The notes: a model not told the origin generated them from the letters alone. Positions 7,933 to 18,850 are shown, counted from the stretch's first letter. The stretch is DNA of 32,000 nt from Geobacter sulfurreducens PCA (GCF_000007985.2 NC_002939.5:3390001-3422000); one strand, 5' to 3'. Translations and numbers: made by a program.

Positions 7933-8446
7933 CTTTAGCCCGTATTTGCGGGGTCTGAGCTTCCGACCCATGGCTTCCGCGCCACCCCTCGGCCATCCCT
8001 TTTCCGGCGTCGATGAACGCCCGCGCCGTCGCCGAGCGGACAAGCCATGTCCGGAGCCCCGCCGGCACAGGCGGCGCGCTGGCTAGGTAGAGAATGATAC
8101 TGAGGAGAAATGCCCCTTCCAGCAAACCGAACACGGCACCGCCAACCCGGTTGACCCCGCCGAGCAGCGTAATCGACATCACCACGGTGAGAAAATGGCC
8201 AAGAAGGTAAAAAAGAAGGGCAGCTCCCAGAAAAATGACGACAAACGCCACGGCGGACGAAATGCGGGCGGGCAGATGAATCATGGAGACAAGAACCCCG
8301 CCGACGGCGGGATGGAAGGAGAACGCCGCCCATCCTCCAACCACAAATCCGAGCAGGGAACACACCTCGCGGACGAGCCCCTTGAGAACCCCTTTGACGG
8401 CAAATGCCAGTACTACGCCCCAGAGCAGGATATCGAGAAGGCCCAT
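7910..8446 (-). CDS. cvpA: CvpA-family (colicin V production) membrane protein
   Basis: MGLLDILLWGVVLAFAVKGVLKGLVREVCSLLGFVVGGWAAF plus about four hydrophobic segments. Start is ATG 8446 with AAGGTG 6 nt upstream; GTG 8455 is an alternative. Confidence 0.85.
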   Translation of the reverse strand: MGLLDILLWGVVLAFAVKGVLKGLVREVCSLLGFVVGGWAAFSFHPAVGGVLVSMIHLPARISSAVAFVVIFLGAALLFYLLGHFLTVVMSITLLGGVNRVGGAVFGLLEGAFLLSIILYLASAPPVPAGLRTWLVRSATARAFIDAGKGMAEGWRGSHGSEAQTPQIRAKDVKHPRR

Positions 8447-8465
8447 GCCATGCACCTTGTTGGAA

Positions 8466-8500
8466 TCAAAAGAAGAAGGGGCAATTCAGAGAATCGCCCC
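8466..8500 (-). terminator. Intrinsic terminator or attenuator inside the rpsU-yqeY-cvpA-dnaG-rpoD cluster
   Basis: Minus strand reads GGGGCGATTC-TCT-GAATTGCCCC, a 10-bp stem with one G-U pair and a 3-nt loop (8500-8478). It is followed by TTCTTCTTTTG. Confidence 0.6.
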
Positions 8501-8541
8501 CAGGGTCTGATCGCGGAACTCAGAGACCGGAAAACGTTCGT

Positions 8542-8982
8542 CTAGGCAAGCTGTTCCTTCACGATGGCACTAACCAGCGATCCGTCAGCCCTGCCGGCCA
8601 CGTGGGGCATGAGGGCCTTCATCACCCGCCCCATGTCTTTGACGCCCTGGGCACCGGTCTCCGCAATGGCCGAGGCCACCAGCCCCCCGATCTCCTCCCT
8701 GGTGAGCTGTTGGGGGAGAAAGCCGAGCAGAACCTGAAGCTCCCGCTCTTCTTTTTCCACGAGGTCGGTACGTCCGGCCTCGCCGAACATCCGGATCGAT
8801 TCCCGGCGTTGTTTGACGAGGGATGAAACGACTTCCGTCACTTCCTGTTCGGAGAGTTCACGCCGCGCCTCGATCTCACGGTTCTTCACCGAAGAGCGAA
8901 CGAGGCGGATGGCGGAAAGTCGCACCTCATCCCTGGCCTTCATGGCCGCTTTCATCTCCTCGTTCAGGCGATCCCTCAACAT
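8542..8982 (-). CDS. yqeY: GatB/YqeY domain-containing protein
   Basis: MLRDRLNEEMKAAMKARDEVRLSAIRLVRSSVKNREIE...DMGRVMKALMPHVAGRADGSLVSAIVKEQLA aligns along its length with my memory of B. subtilis YqeY. Start is ATG 8982 with a GGGGAG Shine-Dalgarno. Confidence 0.9.
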   Translation of the reverse strand: MLRDRLNEEMKAAMKARDEVRLSAIRLVRSSVKNREIEARRELSEQEVTEVVSSLVKQRRESIRMFGEAGRTDLVEKEERELQVLLGFLPQQLTREEIGGLVASAIAETGAQGVKDMGRVMKALMPHVAGRADGSLVSAIVKEQLA

Positions 8983-9022
8983 GGCAACTCCCCGGCCCGC
9001 AAGTCCATATCCAGCGCTGAAA

Positions 9023-9057
9023 GCGGCAAACGGACGCCCCCCAAGCGGAGGCGTCCG
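9023..9057 (-). terminator. GC-rich hairpin between rpsU and yqeY (weak terminator or attenuator candidate)
   Basis: CGGACGCC (9031-9038) pairs with GGCGTCCG (9050-9057) across an 11-nt loop. On the minus strand it is followed only by TTTGCCGCTTTC, a poor U tract. Confidence 0.3.
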
Positions 9058-9105
9058 CAACACCGTTCCATGCCACGCGGGCATACACGTAACGGCCTCA
9101 GCGCG

Positions 9106-9303
9106 CTAGTCCATCATTTTGCGCTGTTTTTTCATTGCACGCTTGCGCGCGGCAATGGCCTTTTTCTTTCTTTTGATACTCGGCTTCTCATAGTGCTCAC
9201 GCTTGCGGACCTCGGAGAGGATTCCCGCCTTTTCACACTGCTTCTTAAACTTCTTCAGCGCGAGCTCAAACGATTCAGTTTCCTTGACCTTTACTCCCGG
9301 CAT
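9106..9303 (-). CDS. rpsU: 30S ribosomal protein S21
   Basis: [55 protein letters not shown] is the canonical S21 sequence. A strong GAGGAGGGAGGGG Shine-Dalgarno is present. Confidence 0.97.
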   Translation of the reverse strand: MPGVKVKETESFELALKKFKKQCEKAGILSEVRKREHYEKPSIKRKKKAIAARKRAMKKQRKMMD

Positions 9304-9394
9304 CCATATTCCCCTCCCTCCTCTATGTAAATTCGCTGCAAATCTGAGCTGATAGAGTCAGACGACGAGCCGGAAAAATTTTACGAGAAGAGAC

Positions 9395-9422
9395 ATAATA
9401 GCAGCAGAAGCGTCAATGTCAA
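9395..9422 (-). promoter_or_regulatory. Near-consensus sigma70 promoter for rpsU
   Basis: Minus strand has TTGACA (9422-9417), a 16-nt spacer and TATTAT (9400-9395). It lies about 90 nt upstream of the rpsU ATG. Confidence 0.55.
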
Positions 9423-9448
9423 GTTTTTATTCGGATACCGAGGCGCTA

Positions 9449-9775
9449 CTACTCGTTTCTGCTCGCCTTTTCGGCGTGCCCGGAGGTACCGAAACGACGG
9501 CGGAGCTCATTGTACACATCTGCCGGGGCAATATCATAATGACCGAGAAGAACCAGCGTATGAAAAAGCAGGTCAGCGGTCTCGTAAACGATCTCCTCCC
9601 GCTTCCCCCCTTTACCGGCGATAATGACTTCCGTCGCCTCTTCACCGACCTTCTTGAGAATCTTGTCGATCCCCTTGTGAAAGAGGGACGCCGTATAGGA
9701 GCTCTCGGGCAGAGCACCTTTCCGGTCGAGAATCACCTCATAGACTGCCTGCAGGATGTCGTCACGCTCGTTCAT
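9449..9775 (-). CDS. hisE: Phosphoribosyl-ATP diphosphatase (monofunctional HisE)
   Basis: 108 aa: [47 protein letters not shown]...[13 protein letters not shown]. The ATG overlaps the hisF stop in an ATGA arrangement. Confidence 0.93.
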   Translation of the reverse strand: MNERDDILQAVYEVILDRKGALPESSYTASLFHKGIDKILKKVGEEATEVIIAGKGGKREEIVYETADLLFHTLVLLGHYDIAPADVYNELRRRFGTSGHAEKASRNE

Positions 9776-10533
9776 AACCGGACCGGAACCCCCCGTTGAC
9801 GGAGATACTCCTTGGCCTCGCCGATGGTGTACTCCTTATAGTGAAAGATGGACGCAGCAAGACAGGCGCTTGCCCCTGCCTTGACGAAGCCGTCGTACAG
9901 ATGCTCAAGGTTTCCCACCCCGCCGGAGGCGATGACCGGAATGGAGACCGCGTCGACAATGGCGCGGGTCAGGGGGATGTCATAGCCGTCCTTGGTGCCA
10001 TCCCGGTCCATGCTGGTGAGGAGGATCTCGCCGGCGCCGTACTCCTCCATCCTACGGGCCCACTCCACCGCGTCGATGCCGGTGGGGTTGCGGCCGCCGT
10101 GAGTGTAAACCTCCCAGCGGTTCTCGCCGGGAACCTGCCGGGCGTCGATAGCCACCACGGTGCACTGGGAACCGAAGCGCTCCGCCGCTTCCCGTACGAA
10201 TTCGGGCCGGTGGACCGCCGCCGTGTTGATGGACACCTTGTCGGCCCCGGCGTTGAGGAGATTGCGGATATCGTCCACGGTCCGCACCCCGCCACCCACG
10301 GTGAGGGGCATGAAAACCCGCTCGGCGGTGCGGCGCACCACGTCAATGATGATGCTCCGCTCGTCGGAAGAGGCGGTGATGTCGAGGAACGTGAGCTCGT
10401 CGGCCCCCTGGCGGTCATAGAGCTCGGCGATCTCAACCGGATCGCCGGCATCACGCAGCTCCAGGAACTGGACCCCTTTGACGACCCGGCCGCCCTTCAC
10501 GTCCAGACACGGGATGATCCGCTTGGTCAGCAT
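9772..10533 (-). CDS. hisF: Imidazole glycerol phosphate synthase cyclase subunit HisF
   Basis: [23 protein letters not shown]...LTVGGGVR...ASGGVG are canonical HisF motifs. Length 253 aa. Confidence 0.97.
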   Translation of the reverse strand: MLTKRIIPCLDVKGGRVVKGVQFLELRDAGDPVEIAELYDRQGADELTFLDITASSDERSIIIDVVRRTAERVFMPLTVGGGVRTVDDIRNLLNAGADKVSINTAAVHRPEFVREAAERFGSQCTVVAIDARQVPGENRWEVYTHGGRNPTGIDAVEWARRMEEYGAGEILLTSMDRDGTKDGYDIPLTRAIVDAVSIPVIASGGVGNLEHLYDGFVKAGASACLAASIFHYKEYTIGEAKEYLRQRGVPVRL

Positions 10534-10534
10534 C

Positions 10535-11269
10535 TCAGGCCCCTCCCCGCTTCGTGAGTGCTACCGCTTCAGCCAGATTGATGGCCCCGGTGTAGACCGC
10601 CTTGCCGGTGATGGCGCCGGCGATGCCGCTCGTCTCAATGGCCATAAGGTTCTCGATATCCTTCAGGGACGACACCCCTCCGGAGGCGATGACCGGGATC
10701 GAGATCGCCTCGGCCAGAGCCCTGGTCGCTTCAATGTTCGGCCCCTGCATCATGCCGTCCCGGGCGATGTCGGTGTAAATGATGGCGGCGACGCCGTATC
10801 CCTCGAACCGTTTTGCCAGATCCACCGCCGTGACGCCGGTGACCTCGGCCCACCCCTGGACCGCCACCATGCCGTTCTTTGCGTCGATCCCCACCACGAT
10901 CCGGCCGGGGAAGAGGCGGCAGGCCTCCTCCACCAGTTCGGGGTTCCGCTGGGCCGCAGTACCGAGGATCACCCGGCCAATGCCGAGGGAGAGATACGCC
11001 TCGATGGTGGGAATGTCCCGGATGCCGCCCCCCAGCTGGGTTGGGATGGCAATGGCCTTGACGATGGCCTCGATGGAGGCGCGGTTCTTGGGTTCGCCGG
11101 CAAAGGCGCCGTCCAGGTCGACAATGTGGAGCAGCTCCGCCCCCTGGCGCTCCCACTCCCTGGCCTGGTCGGCGGGATTGTCACAGAAAACGGTATCCTT
11201 TTCCATGAGCCCCTGTTCGAGGCGGACGCACTTTCCTTCTTTCAGGTCAATGGCAGGTATGACGATCAC
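10535..11269 (-). CDS. hisA: 1-(5-phosphoribosyl)-5-[(5-phosphoribosylamino)methylideneamino]imidazole-4-carboxamide isomerase HisA
   Basis: (V)[19 protein letters not shown]...HIVDLDGA...QLGGGIR...IASGGVSS. The GTG start overlaps the hisH stop in a GTGA arrangement. Confidence 0.95.
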   Translation of the reverse strand: MIVIPAIDLKEGKCVRLEQGLMEKDTVFCDNPADQAREWERQGAELLHIVDLDGAFAGEPKNRASIEAIVKAIAIPTQLGGGIRDIPTIEAYLSLGIGRVILGTAAQRNPELVEEACRLFPGRIVVGIDAKNGMVAVQGWAEVTGVTAVDLAKRFEGYGVAAIIYTDIARDGMMQGPNIEATRALAEAISIPVIASGGVSSLKDIENLMAIETSGIAGAITGKAVYTGAINLAEAVALTKRGGA

Positions 11270-11895
11270 TTCATCTCTCCGAAGTTCTTGAGTATGGACA
11301 GCCCCACCGCCTGTGACTTCTCGGGATGGAACTGGGTGGCGACGATGTTGTCCTTCCAGATGGCGGCGCAGAACTCGACGCCGTAGGTGCAGGTGGCGGC
11401 GATGACACTCTCGTCGTCGGGCATTTCATAGTATGAATGGACGAAATAGACGTTGGCCCCGTCCTCCACCTCGGCAAAGGCCGGTGGGCGGCGTTTGATG
11501 GAGAGCTGGTTCCACCCCATGTGGGGGACTTTGAGTTCCTCGCCTCCTTCGCGCATCCCCTCGGGAAAACGGAGGACGTGGCCAGGAATGACGTTCAGCC
11601 CCTGGTAGAGGCCGAACTCCACGCTGTCGGTCAAGAGGAGCTGCATCCCGACGCAGATGCCGAGAAAGGGGCGCCCCTCCCGGATCACCCTGAGGATCGG
11701 CTCCACGAACCCCCCCTGCTCCAGGTTGCGCATGCAGTCGCGAAAGGCTCCCACGCCGGGAAGGACGATCTTTTCCGCCTCCAGCACCACCTTGGGGTCG
11801 GCAGTCACAACCGCCTCGAAGCCCACCTTCTCGAACCCCTTCTGGACCGACCGGAGATTCCCCATGCCGTAGTCGATAATTGCAATCTTGGTCAT
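11266..11895 (-). CDS. hisH: Imidazole glycerol phosphate synthase glutaminase subunit HisH
   Basis: [25 protein letters not shown]...LPGVGAF...GICVGMQLL...QFHPEKS shows the Cys-His-Glu triad context. Start is ATG 11895; the track ORF is extended into hisB. Confidence 0.95.
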   Translation of the reverse strand: MTKIAIIDYGMGNLRSVQKGFEKVGFEAVVTADPKVVLEAEKIVLPGVGAFRDCMRNLEQGGFVEPILRVIREGRPFLGICVGMQLLLTDSVEFGLYQGLNVIPGHVLRFPEGMREGGEELKVPHMGWNQLSIKRRPPAFAEVEDGANVYFVHSYYEMPDDESVIAATCTYGVEFCAAIWKDNIVATQFHPEKSQAVGLSILKNFGEMK

Positions 11896-11896
11896 A

Positions 11897-12484
11897 TCAG
11901 AGCTTGCCCTTCGTCGACATGACCCCCTGAATCCGGGAGTCCACCTGGGTTGCCTGGTCCACGGCCCGGGCAAACGCCTTGAAGCACGCCTCGACGATGT
12001 GATGGACATTGTCGCCGTACATGACGTTCACATGGATGTTGGCGCCCAGGTTGTTTACCACGGCCTGAAAAAATTCCCGCACCAGTTCCACGTCAAACTC
12101 GCCGATCTTCACCTTGGGCAGAGAGACGTGGTAGACGAGGTAGGGGCGCCCCGAGATGTCCACCGCCACGCTGGCAAGGGTTTCGTCCATGGGGACTGTG
12201 GCTTGGCCGTAGCGCCTGATCCCCTTCTTGTCGCCCAAGGCCTCCTTGAGCGCCTGGCCGAGGACGATGCCGATGTCCTCCACCGTGTGGTGAAAATCGA
12301 TATCGATGTCCCCCGTGGCGTCCACCTGAAGATTGAAGAGCCCGTGGCGGGCAAAGAGGTCGAGCATATGGTCGAGAAACGGCACGGAGGTACAGATCTT
12401 CGCCTCGCCCGTCCCGTCTATTTCAAGGGAGAGCTTGATCTGGGTTTCCTTGGTGACGCGCTCAATGGTGGCTTTCCGGGACAT
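11897..12484 (-). CDS. hisB: Imidazoleglycerol-phosphate dehydratase HisB (monofunctional, about 195 aa)
   Basis: [26 protein letters not shown]...[13 protein letters not shown]...[11 protein letters not shown]...[16 protein letters not shown]. Start is ATG 12484 with a GAGGAGGG Shine-Dalgarno. Confidence 0.95.
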   Translation of the reverse strand: MSRKATIERVTKETQIKLSLEIDGTGEAKICTSVPFLDHMLDLFARHGLFNLQVDATGDIDIDFHHTVEDIGIVLGQALKEALGDKKGIRRYGQATVPMDETLASVAVDISGRPYLVYHVSLPKVKIGEFDVELVREFFQAVVNNLGANIHVNVMYGDNVHHIVEACFKAFARAVDQATQVDSRIQGVMSTKGKL

Positions 12485-12509
12485 GGAACCCTCCTCGTGG
12501 GAATCGAAG

Positions 12510-13562
12510 TTAGCCAATCTCTTTCAGGGCGGCGAGAGTCGCCTCCATCTCCTCCCGCGTGCCGATGGAAATCCTCATGCCATGGGCCAGGAGCGGGTCG
12601 GAGAAATGACGAACCAGGATCTTTCGGGAGTAGAGGCCGTCGTAGACCCGTTTACCGTCACGGTCCGGCGGCGCGGCAAACACGAAGTTCCCCTGGGAGG
12701 GGATCACCTCGTAGCCGAGCGTCCGGATTTCAGCGGAAAACCACTCGCGGGTCTCGCGGATCAGGCGGGTACACCCGGCAAAGTATGTCTGATCCCGCAG
12801 GGAGGCCACGCAGGCGGCCTGGGCGAGACGGTCAAGGTTATAGTGATCGCGGATCTTGTCCAGGGCCGCAATCACCGCCGGACGGGCCACGGCGAAACCA
12901 AGCCGCATCCCGGCCAGGGAATAGCTCTTGGACAGGGTACGGGTCACGACCACGTTCTCGTGTCGCCGCACCAGATCCAAGGCATCACCGTCGGCGAAAT
13001 CGGCATAGGCCTCGTCAACCACCAGGACCCCGGCACAGCGGGTTGCCAGTTCCTCGATGTAGGCAAGGGGAAAAGCGAAGCCCAGCGGCGAATTCGGGGT
13101 GGTCAGGAAGAAGAGCTTTCCCTCGTAGCGGCCGGGAAAACCGGCAATGCGAAGGTCATCCGTAAGGCCGAAAGTCCGCACCCGTGCCCCCTGGATTTCG
13201 GCCAGGGTCGCGTAGTAGGAGTAGGAGGGATGCACGTAGCCAATTTCCTCCCCCTCGCCGGCAAAGGCCCGTATCAGGTTATTGAGGACCTCGTCAGAGC
13301 CGTTGGCCATGATGATCCACGCGGGATCGAAGCCGAACAGCTCGCCCACGGTCTCCCGCAGCACCTGGCTCGAAGCGCTGGGATAGGTGCGCAGGAGCGC
13401 CCCGTCACCCCCTAACTCCGCCAGGATTGCCTTCACCACCTCGGGCGACGGCGGATAGGGGTTCTCATTGGTGTTCAGCTTGATCCACGACGCCACGTCC
13501 GGAGGTTGGTAACCGGGGACATAGCCTGCCATGGCGGCAATATTTGAGCGAAAGGGAAGCAT
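12510..13562 (-). CDS. hisC: Histidinol-phosphate aminotransferase HisC
   Basis: 350 aa: [13 protein letters not shown]...DEAYADF...[15 protein letters not shown], with the PLP lysine motif. Confidence 0.93.
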   Translation of the reverse strand: MLPFRSNIAAMAGYVPGYQPPDVASWIKLNTNENPYPPSPEVVKAILAELGGDGALLRTYPSASSQVLRETVGELFGFDPAWIIMANGSDEVLNNLIRAFAGEGEEIGYVHPSYSYYATLAEIQGARVRTFGLTDDLRIAGFPGRYEGKLFFLTTPNSPLGFAFPLAYIEELATRCAGVLVVDEAYADFADGDALDLVRRHENVVVTRTLSKSYSLAGMRLGFAVARPAVIAALDKIRDHYNLDRLAQAACVASLRDQTYFAGCTRLIRETREWFSAEIRTLGYEVIPSQGNFVFAAPPDRDGKRVYDGLYSRKILVRHFSDPLLAHGMRISIGTREEMEATLAALKEIG

Positions 13563-13584
13563 GGCGCGCTCCTGTCGTTTCTCG

Positions 13585-14874
13585 TTATTTCAGGCGGATG
13601 CTTACCGACCTGCCGTGGGCCTCCAGCCCCTCCATCTCGGCAATACTGACGATGTCGCGGCCCAGACGGTTCAACCCCGCCGCACTGAAGTAGACGATAG
13701 AGGATTTCTTCACGAAATCGTCCACCGACAGTGGGGAGAAGAAACGGGCCGTACCGCCGGTGGGAAGGGTGTGGTTCGGGCCGGCCAGGTAGTCGCCGGC
13801 CGCCTCGGGGGTGAAGTGGCCGAGGAAGATAGCACCGGCGTTTTTGATCCGCGGCAGTATCTCGAAGGGATTTGCCACAGCAAGCTCCAGGTGCTCCGGG
13901 GCGATCCGGTTCGAGAAAGCGATGGCCTCGTCCAGGCTACCGGCCACGATGACCGCGCCGTAGGTCTCCCACGACGTGCGGGCGATGGTCTCCCGGGAGA
14001 GTTGCGCCAGTTGCCGCTCCACCTCCGTCGCCACCTGCTCGCCGAAACCGCGGTCGGTGGTGATGAGGATGGATGAAGCAAGTTCGTCGTGCTCCGCCTG
14101 GGAAAGGAGGTCGGCGGCGATGTGGGCCGGGGTGCCGCTCCCGTCGTTGATGACGAGAATCTCGCTGGGTCCGGCGATCATGTCGATCCCCACCTGGCCG
14201 AAGACGAGCTTTTTGGCGGTGGCCACGTAGATGTTCCCCGGGCCGGTGATCTTGTCCACCCGGGGCACCGTCGCGGTCCCATAGGCCAGGGCCGCCACCG
14301 CCTGGGCGCCTCCCATCCGGAAAATCCGGTCAACACCGGAAAGCCGCGCCGCCACCAGAACGTGCGGGTTGATCTCGCCGCCGGGGGTAGGGGCCACCAT
14401 GACGATCTCGCCGACGCCGGCCACTCGGGCCGGAACTGCATTCATGATGACACTGGAAGGGTAGCTCGCCTTGCCGCCGGGAACGTAGATCCCGACCCGC
14501 TCCAGGGGCGTCACCATCTGACCGAGAAGGATGTCTGGCTCGGTGGTGGAGAGCCAGGTCTCCTGCTTCTGCTTCTCGTGGAAGCGGGCCACCCGCTCCA
14601 CCGCCAGCTTGAGGGCGGCAATCTCCTCGTCCTTCACCTTGGCAAAGGCGTACTCGATCTCGTCCTCGGTCACCTGGAGGGCGGCGACGGAGTCGGCCTC
14701 AAGCCGGTCGAAGCGCCGGGTGTACTCCAGGAGCGCCTCGTCTCCCCGTGCACGGACATCGGCGATGATGTCGAGAACCACCTGCTCCACCTCGCGGCCG
14801 GTCTCCTCGCCCCGGGCGAGGATGGCAGCGAATTCCGCGTCAAAGTTCGTATCCCTGATGTCGAGGAATCTCAT
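13585..14874 (-). CDS. hisD: Histidinol dehydrogenase HisD
   Basis: 429 aa: [25 protein letters not shown]...AGPSEILVI...LLSQAEHD...IAPEHLEL...[13 protein letters not shown]. The ATG overlaps the hisG stop in an ATGA arrangement. Confidence 0.96.
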   Translation of the reverse strand: MRFLDIRDTNFDAEFAAILARGEETGREVEQVVLDIIADVRARGDEALLEYTRRFDRLEADSVAALQVTEDEIEYAFAKVKDEEIAALKLAVERVARFHEKQKQETWLSTTEPDILLGQMVTPLERVGIYVPGGKASYPSSVIMNAVPARVAGVGEIVMVAPTPGGEINPHVLVAARLSGVDRIFRMGGAQAVAALAYGTATVPRVDKITGPGNIYVATAKKLVFGQVGIDMIAGPSEILVINDGSGTPAHIAADLLSQAEHDELASSILITTDRGFGEQVATEVERQLAQLSRETIARTSWETYGAVIVAGSLDEAIAFSNRIAPEHLELAVANPFEILPRIKNAGAIFLGHFTPEAAGDYLAGPNHTLPTGGTARFFSPLSVDDFVKKSSIVYFSAAGLNRLGRDIVSIAEMEGLEAHGRSVSIRLK

Positions 14875-15509
14875 ACGTGCTTCTCCAGCCCTTCGATGAT
14901 CTCGGTAATCCGGGGATGCTTGGTCTTGAGGCTCGCCCGGTTGACGATGAGACGCGTGGTGATCTCGGCGATGGTCTCAACCTCGACCAGGCCGTTCTGG
15001 CGCAGGGTCTCCCCGGTGGACACCAGGTCCACGATCCGCTCGGAAAGCCCGACCAGCGGGGCCAACTCGATGGACCCGTAGAGCTTGATGATCTCCACCT
15101 GAACCCCCTTGCGGGCGAAATACTTCTCGGTCACGTTGGGATACTTGGTGGCGATCCGGATGTTGGTCCAGCTGGAGGGGTCGTCGTCCAGGGCAAGTCC
15201 TGCCGGCTCGGCCACCATCATCCGGCAGTAGCCGAACTTGAGGTCCAGGGGCTCATAGAGGTCCTTTTCCTGCTCCATGAGAGTGTCCTTGCCGACGATA
15301 CCGAGGTCGGCGCAGCCGTACTCCACATACGTGGGAACGTCAGTGGCCCGGACGATCATGTACCGCATCCGCTGCTCGTGGTTTTCAAAGATGAGCTTTC
15401 GGGTGTTGGAGAGGAGCTCGTCGCAGTTGATTCCAATCTTGCCGAAGAGGGTTACTGATTCTTCGAGAATCCGCCCCTTGGGGATGGCGATGGTAATGTA
15501 GTCGGTCAT
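14871..15509 (-). CDS. hisG: ATP phosphoribosyltransferase HisG, short form (212 aa)
   Basis: MTDYITIAIPKGRILEESVTLF...ATDVPTYVEYGCADLGIVGKD...DLVSTGETLRQNGL. The C-terminal regulatory domain of long-form HisG is absent. Confidence 0.93.
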   Translation of the reverse strand: MTDYITIAIPKGRILEESVTLFGKIGINCDELLSNTRKLIFENHEQRMRYMIVRATDVPTYVEYGCADLGIVGKDTLMEQEKDLYEPLDLKFGYCRMMVAEPAGLALDDDPSSWTNIRIATKYPNVTEKYFARKGVQVEIIKLYGSIELAPLVGLSERIVDLVSTGETLRQNGLVEVETIAEITTRLIVNRASLKTKHPRITEIIEGLEKHV

Positions 15510-15573
15510 GACATGTCAGGGACCGGCGACCAGGAGCCGGGGGCCTGCATCGGCACCCGCGCCTGCCGTCGGG

Positions 15574-16827
15574 TCACTCCTTTACACGTTGGATATCGGC
15601 ACCGAGGCCGGCCAGCTTCTTTTCGATGGACTCGTATCCCCGGTCCAGGTGGTAGATACGTGAGATCTCGGTAGTATTGTCGGCTGCCAGGCCGGCGAGA
15701 ATGAGCGACGCCGAGGCCCGGAGATCCGTGGCCATGACCGGCGCGCCCGACAGTTTCTTCACCCCTTTCACGGTGGCGGTGCTCCCCTCGACCGTGATGT
15801 CGGCACCGAAGCGCAACAGCTCCGAGACGTGCATGAAACGGTTCTCGAAAATATTCTCGCTGATGACACTCGCTCCGTCGGCCACGCACATGAGGGCCAT
15901 GAACTGGGCCTGCATATCGGTGGGAAAGCCCGGATAGGGGCGCGTCTTGATGTTCACGGCCTTGGGACGGCGGGGGCCCTTCACCCGCACCACGTTGTCG
16001 CGATTGGTGATCTCCACGCCGGCATCCTGAAGCTTGAACACGAGCGCATCCAGGTGCTCCAGCTTCATGTTGCGGATCTTGATGTCGCCGCCGGTGATGG
16101 CCGCCGCCACCATGAACGTGCCCGCTTCGATCCGGTCGGGCATGACGTCGTGGGCAACCGGCGCCAACTCCTTAACCCCGGTGATCCGGATGGTGTCGGT
16201 GCCGGCACCGTCAATCTTCGCCCCCATCTTGATCAGTATCTCGGCCAGATCGATGATCTCGGGCTCCCGGGCGGCGTTCTCCAGAACCGTTTCCCCTTTG
16301 GCCAGGGCCGCCGCCATCATCAGCTGCTCAGTGCCGCCAACGGTGGAAATGTCGAAATTGATGCGGGCACCCTTGAGCTTTTTCGCCTTGGCCTCCACGT
16401 AGCCGTGCTCCAGCCGGATGTCGGCGCCCAGTGCGGCAAGCCCCTTGAGGTGGAGGTTGATGGGACGGGCACCGATGGCGCAACCGCCGGGAAGGGAAAC
16501 CCGTGCCCGGCCGTGGCGGGCCAGCAGCGGACCCAATACCAGGACCGACGCCCGCATGGTCTTCACGAGATCATAGGTGGCCTCCACGTTGTTCACGTGG
16601 GTCGTATCGATCCTGACGATGTTGCCGTTTCCTTCCACCACGGCACCCAGGGATTCCAGGACCTTGATGGTTGTGTTGATATCGCGCAGGAAAGGAACGT
16701 TACGGATCTCGTTGAGGCCGGGGGCGAGGATGGTGGAAACGAAAATGGGGAGAGCCGCGTTCTTGGAGCCACTGACCGAGACCTCTCCGATCAGTTTCTT
16801 TCCACCTTTGATGATCAGCTTGTCCAA
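15574..16827 (-). CDS. murA: UDP-N-acetylglucosamine 1-carboxyvinyltransferase MurA
   Basis: (L->M)[27 protein letters not shown]...[16 protein letters not shown]...[12 protein letters not shown] place the start at TTG 16827 with AGAGG upstream, giving a typical 417 aa. The track ORF start at 16944 adds an arginine-rich extension unlike MurA. Confidence 0.93.
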   Translation of the reverse strand: MDKLIIKGGKKLIGEVSVSGSKNAALPIFVSTILAPGLNEIRNVPFLRDINTTIKVLESLGAVVEGNGNIVRIDTTHVNNVEATYDLVKTMRASVLVLGPLLARHGRARVSLPGGCAIGARPINLHLKGLAALGADIRLEHGYVEAKAKKLKGARINFDISTVGGTEQLMMAAALAKGETVLENAAREPEIIDLAEILIKMGAKIDGAGTDTIRITGVKELAPVAHDVMPDRIEAGTFMVAAAITGGDIKIRNMKLEHLDALVFKLQDAGVEITNRDNVVRVKGPRRPKAVNIKTRPYPGFPTDMQAQFMALMCVADGASVISENIFENRFMHVSELLRFGADITVEGSTATVKGVKKLSGAPVMATDLRASASLILAGLAADNTTEISRIYHLDRGYESIEKKLAGLGADIQRVKE

Positions 16828-16883
16828 TGGAATGCCTCTGTCGTGATAGTGTGTTCGGGGCCAAGTCTCGCGTGAAACCCGGC

Positions 16884-17738
16884 CTATCCGATCCTTCCGC
16901 CGACCACCCGGTCTATGCCGTTGGGGTCTTGAGCGGTAAAACAATCGCAGAAACCGGTACGGGAGAACATGCCGAGCACCGTCTCCGCCTGACCGATGCC
17001 CAGTTCGACCATGAGCCAGCCGCCGGGATTCAGGTACTCCGGAGCGGCCGGAACGATAAGCCGATAGAAATCGAGACCGTCGGATCCACCGTCCAGGGCG
17101 GCACGGGGCTCGTACTCCCGAACCTCCGGCTGAAGCGCCTCCAGGTCGGCGGTGGGGATATAAGGGGGATTGGAGACGATCAGGTCGAACCGCTGGTCTC
17201 CTAAGGGTTCGAACAGGGAACCCTCGAAGAGGGTCACCCGCGCGCCGTGCCGTTCCGCGTTCCGCTGGGCCAGGGCGATGGCGCCGGGAGACTGCTCCAC
17301 TCCCACTACCTGGGCGTGGGGAAGTTGCTTGGCCAAGGCCACGGCGATACAGCCGCTGCCCACACCGATATCGAGGACCGCAGCAGCATGGGGGGCGCGA
17401 CGGAGCGCCTCTTCCACAATCACCTCGGTGTCATGCCGGGGGATGAGAACCGACGGCGTCACGACGAAGTCGAGACCGCAGAACTCCTGGGTACCGAGAA
17501 TATACTGAAGTGGTTCCCGCTTGGCCCGGCGCGCCACGAGTCCGCGGCAGGCGGCCAGTTCCTCCGGGTTCAGGGGTTTGTCGAAATTGACGTAGAGCCC
17601 CACCCGATCAAGCCCCAGGGCGGCGCTCAGGAGCCATTCGGTTTCCAGGCGAGCATTCTCGACTCCCTTTTCAGCCAGGTAGCCCCTGGTCCAGTCGAGA
17701 ACCTTGCGAATGGTCCAGATTTCCGGCTTTTCCGTCAT
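16884..17738 (-). CDS. prmC: Peptide chain release factor N(5)-glutamine methyltransferase PrmC
   Basis: 284 aa: [17 protein letters not shown]...[15 protein letters not shown]...IVSNPPYI (NPPY motif). It lies directly downstream of prfA. Confidence 0.93.
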   Translation of the reverse strand: MTEKPEIWTIRKVLDWTRGYLAEKGVENARLETEWLLSAALGLDRVGLYVNFDKPLNPEELAACRGLVARRAKREPLQYILGTQEFCGLDFVVTPSVLIPRHDTEVIVEEALRRAPHAAAVLDIGVGSGCIAVALAKQLPHAQVVGVEQSPGAIALAQRNAERHGARVTLFEGSLFEPLGDQRFDLIVSNPPYIPTADLEALQPEVREYEPRAALDGGSDGLDFYRLIVPAAPEYLNPGGWLMVELGIGQAETVLGMFSRTGFCDCFTAQDPNGIDRVVGGRIG

Positions 17739-17763
17739 CTGCCGCCTCCGCTGTCCGCGCGGA

Positions 17764-18831
17764 TCAGGCCGCTTCGGCCTGGGCCTTCAGGGCCTCCATC
17801 TGATAATGAGTGCGGAGCGCATCCACCACCTCGGCGATGTCTCCTTCCATGAGAGAGTCGAGGCGGTAGAGGGTGAGGCCGATCCGGTGATCAGTCATCC
17901 GGCCCTGGGGGAAGTTGTAGGTACGGATCCGCTCGCTCCGGTCGCCGCTTCCCACTTGCTGTTTCCGGTCCGCGGCGATCCGTGCGTTCTGCTCCTGATG
18001 GAGACCGTCGAGGATCTTGGTCTTCAGAACCTTCATGGCCTTGGCCCGGTTCTTGATCTGGCTCCGCTCGTCCTGGCACTCCACCACGATCCCGGTGGGA
18101 ATGTGGGTGATCCGGACTGCCGATTCGGTCTTGTTGACGTGCTGCCCGCCGGCCCCGGAGGCACGGTAGACGTCGATCTTGAGATCGGCCGGGTTGATGT
18201 CCACCTCGATATCTTCGGCCTCGGGCAGAACCGCAACGGTGCAGGCGCTCGTGTGGATGCGCCCCTGAGCCTCGGTCTCCGGCACCCGTTGTACCCGGTG
18301 GGTCCCCGATTCGTACTTGAGCTTGGCAAATACCCCCTGCCCCTCGATGAGGGCCACGATCTCCTTGAAGCCCCCCCGCTCCGACTCGGAGGCGGACATG
18401 ACCTCCACCTTCCAGCGGTTGCGCTCGGCAAAGCGGGAATACATCCGGAACAGGTCGCCCGCGAAGAGGGCCGATTCGTCGCCGCCGGTGCCGGCGCGGA
18501 TTTCCAGAATTACGTTGCGGTCGTCGTTTGGATCCCTGGGCAGGAGAAGGAGCTTGATTTCGCCTTCCAGTTCCTCCTGTCGCTGCTCCAGTTCCTCCAG
18601 CTCGGCCTGGGCCATTTCCTTCATCTCGGGATCGGCCAGCAACTCCCGGTTCCCCTCCATCTCCTCCAGCACCTTTTTGTACGTGCGATAGGACTCGATG
18701 AGCGGCGTCAGGTCGTTATGCTCCCGGGACAGCCTGCGGAATTCGGGCTGATTGCCAAGCACCGCGGGGTCGGCCAGCAACGATTCGAGCTCGTGGTAAC
18801 GTACTTCCAGTTCTTCTATCTTCTCGAACAT
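17764..18831 (-). CDS. prfA: Peptide chain release factor 1
   Basis: 355 aa with the PET tripeptide context (RVQRVPETE), the GGQ motif ([25 protein letters not shown]) and no internal frameshift. Confidence 0.97.
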   Translation of the reverse strand: MFEKIEELEVRYHELESLLADPAVLGNQPEFRRLSREHNDLTPLIESYRTYKKVLEEMEGNRELLADPEMKEMAQAELEELEQRQEELEGEIKLLLLPRDPNDDRNVILEIRAGTGGDESALFAGDLFRMYSRFAERNRWKVEVMSASESERGGFKEIVALIEGQGVFAKLKYESGTHRVQRVPETEAQGRIHTSACTVAVLPEAEDIEVDINPADLKIDVYRASGAGGQHVNKTESAVRITHIPTGIVVECQDERSQIKNRAKAMKVLKTKILDGLHQEQNARIAADRKQQVGSGDRSERIRTYNFPQGRMTDHRIGLTLYRLDSLMEGDIAEVVDALRTHYQMEALKAQAEAA

Positions 18832-18850
18832 TCACTGCGTCCTTTGTTGA

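Noticed and set aside
7933-8043. N-terminal extensions suggested by the longest-ORF track for dnaG. The same issue applies to hisH (to 12009), hisB (to 12517), DUF1385 (to 19972), rho (to 22204), rpmE (to 20829), yqeY (to 9084), ybaK (to 4341), murA (to 16944), rpoD (to 6159) and ssb (from 29441).
   Set aside because: The extensions are Arg/Pro/Gly-rich, overlap the preceding gene and lack Shine-Dalgarno sequences. Internal starts give family-typical N-termini with good Shine-Dalgarno motifs and normal protein lengths.
15510-15573. A histidine attenuator or leader peptide, or a T-box, upstream of hisG
   Set aside because: The 64-nt gap contains no run of His codons, no small ORF and no terminator/antiterminator pair. 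It is too short for a T-box.
17764-18831. A programmed frameshift in a release-factor gene
   Set aside because: This is prfA (RF1, PET motif), which is encoded in a single uninterrupted frame. The known +1 frameshift applies to prfB.
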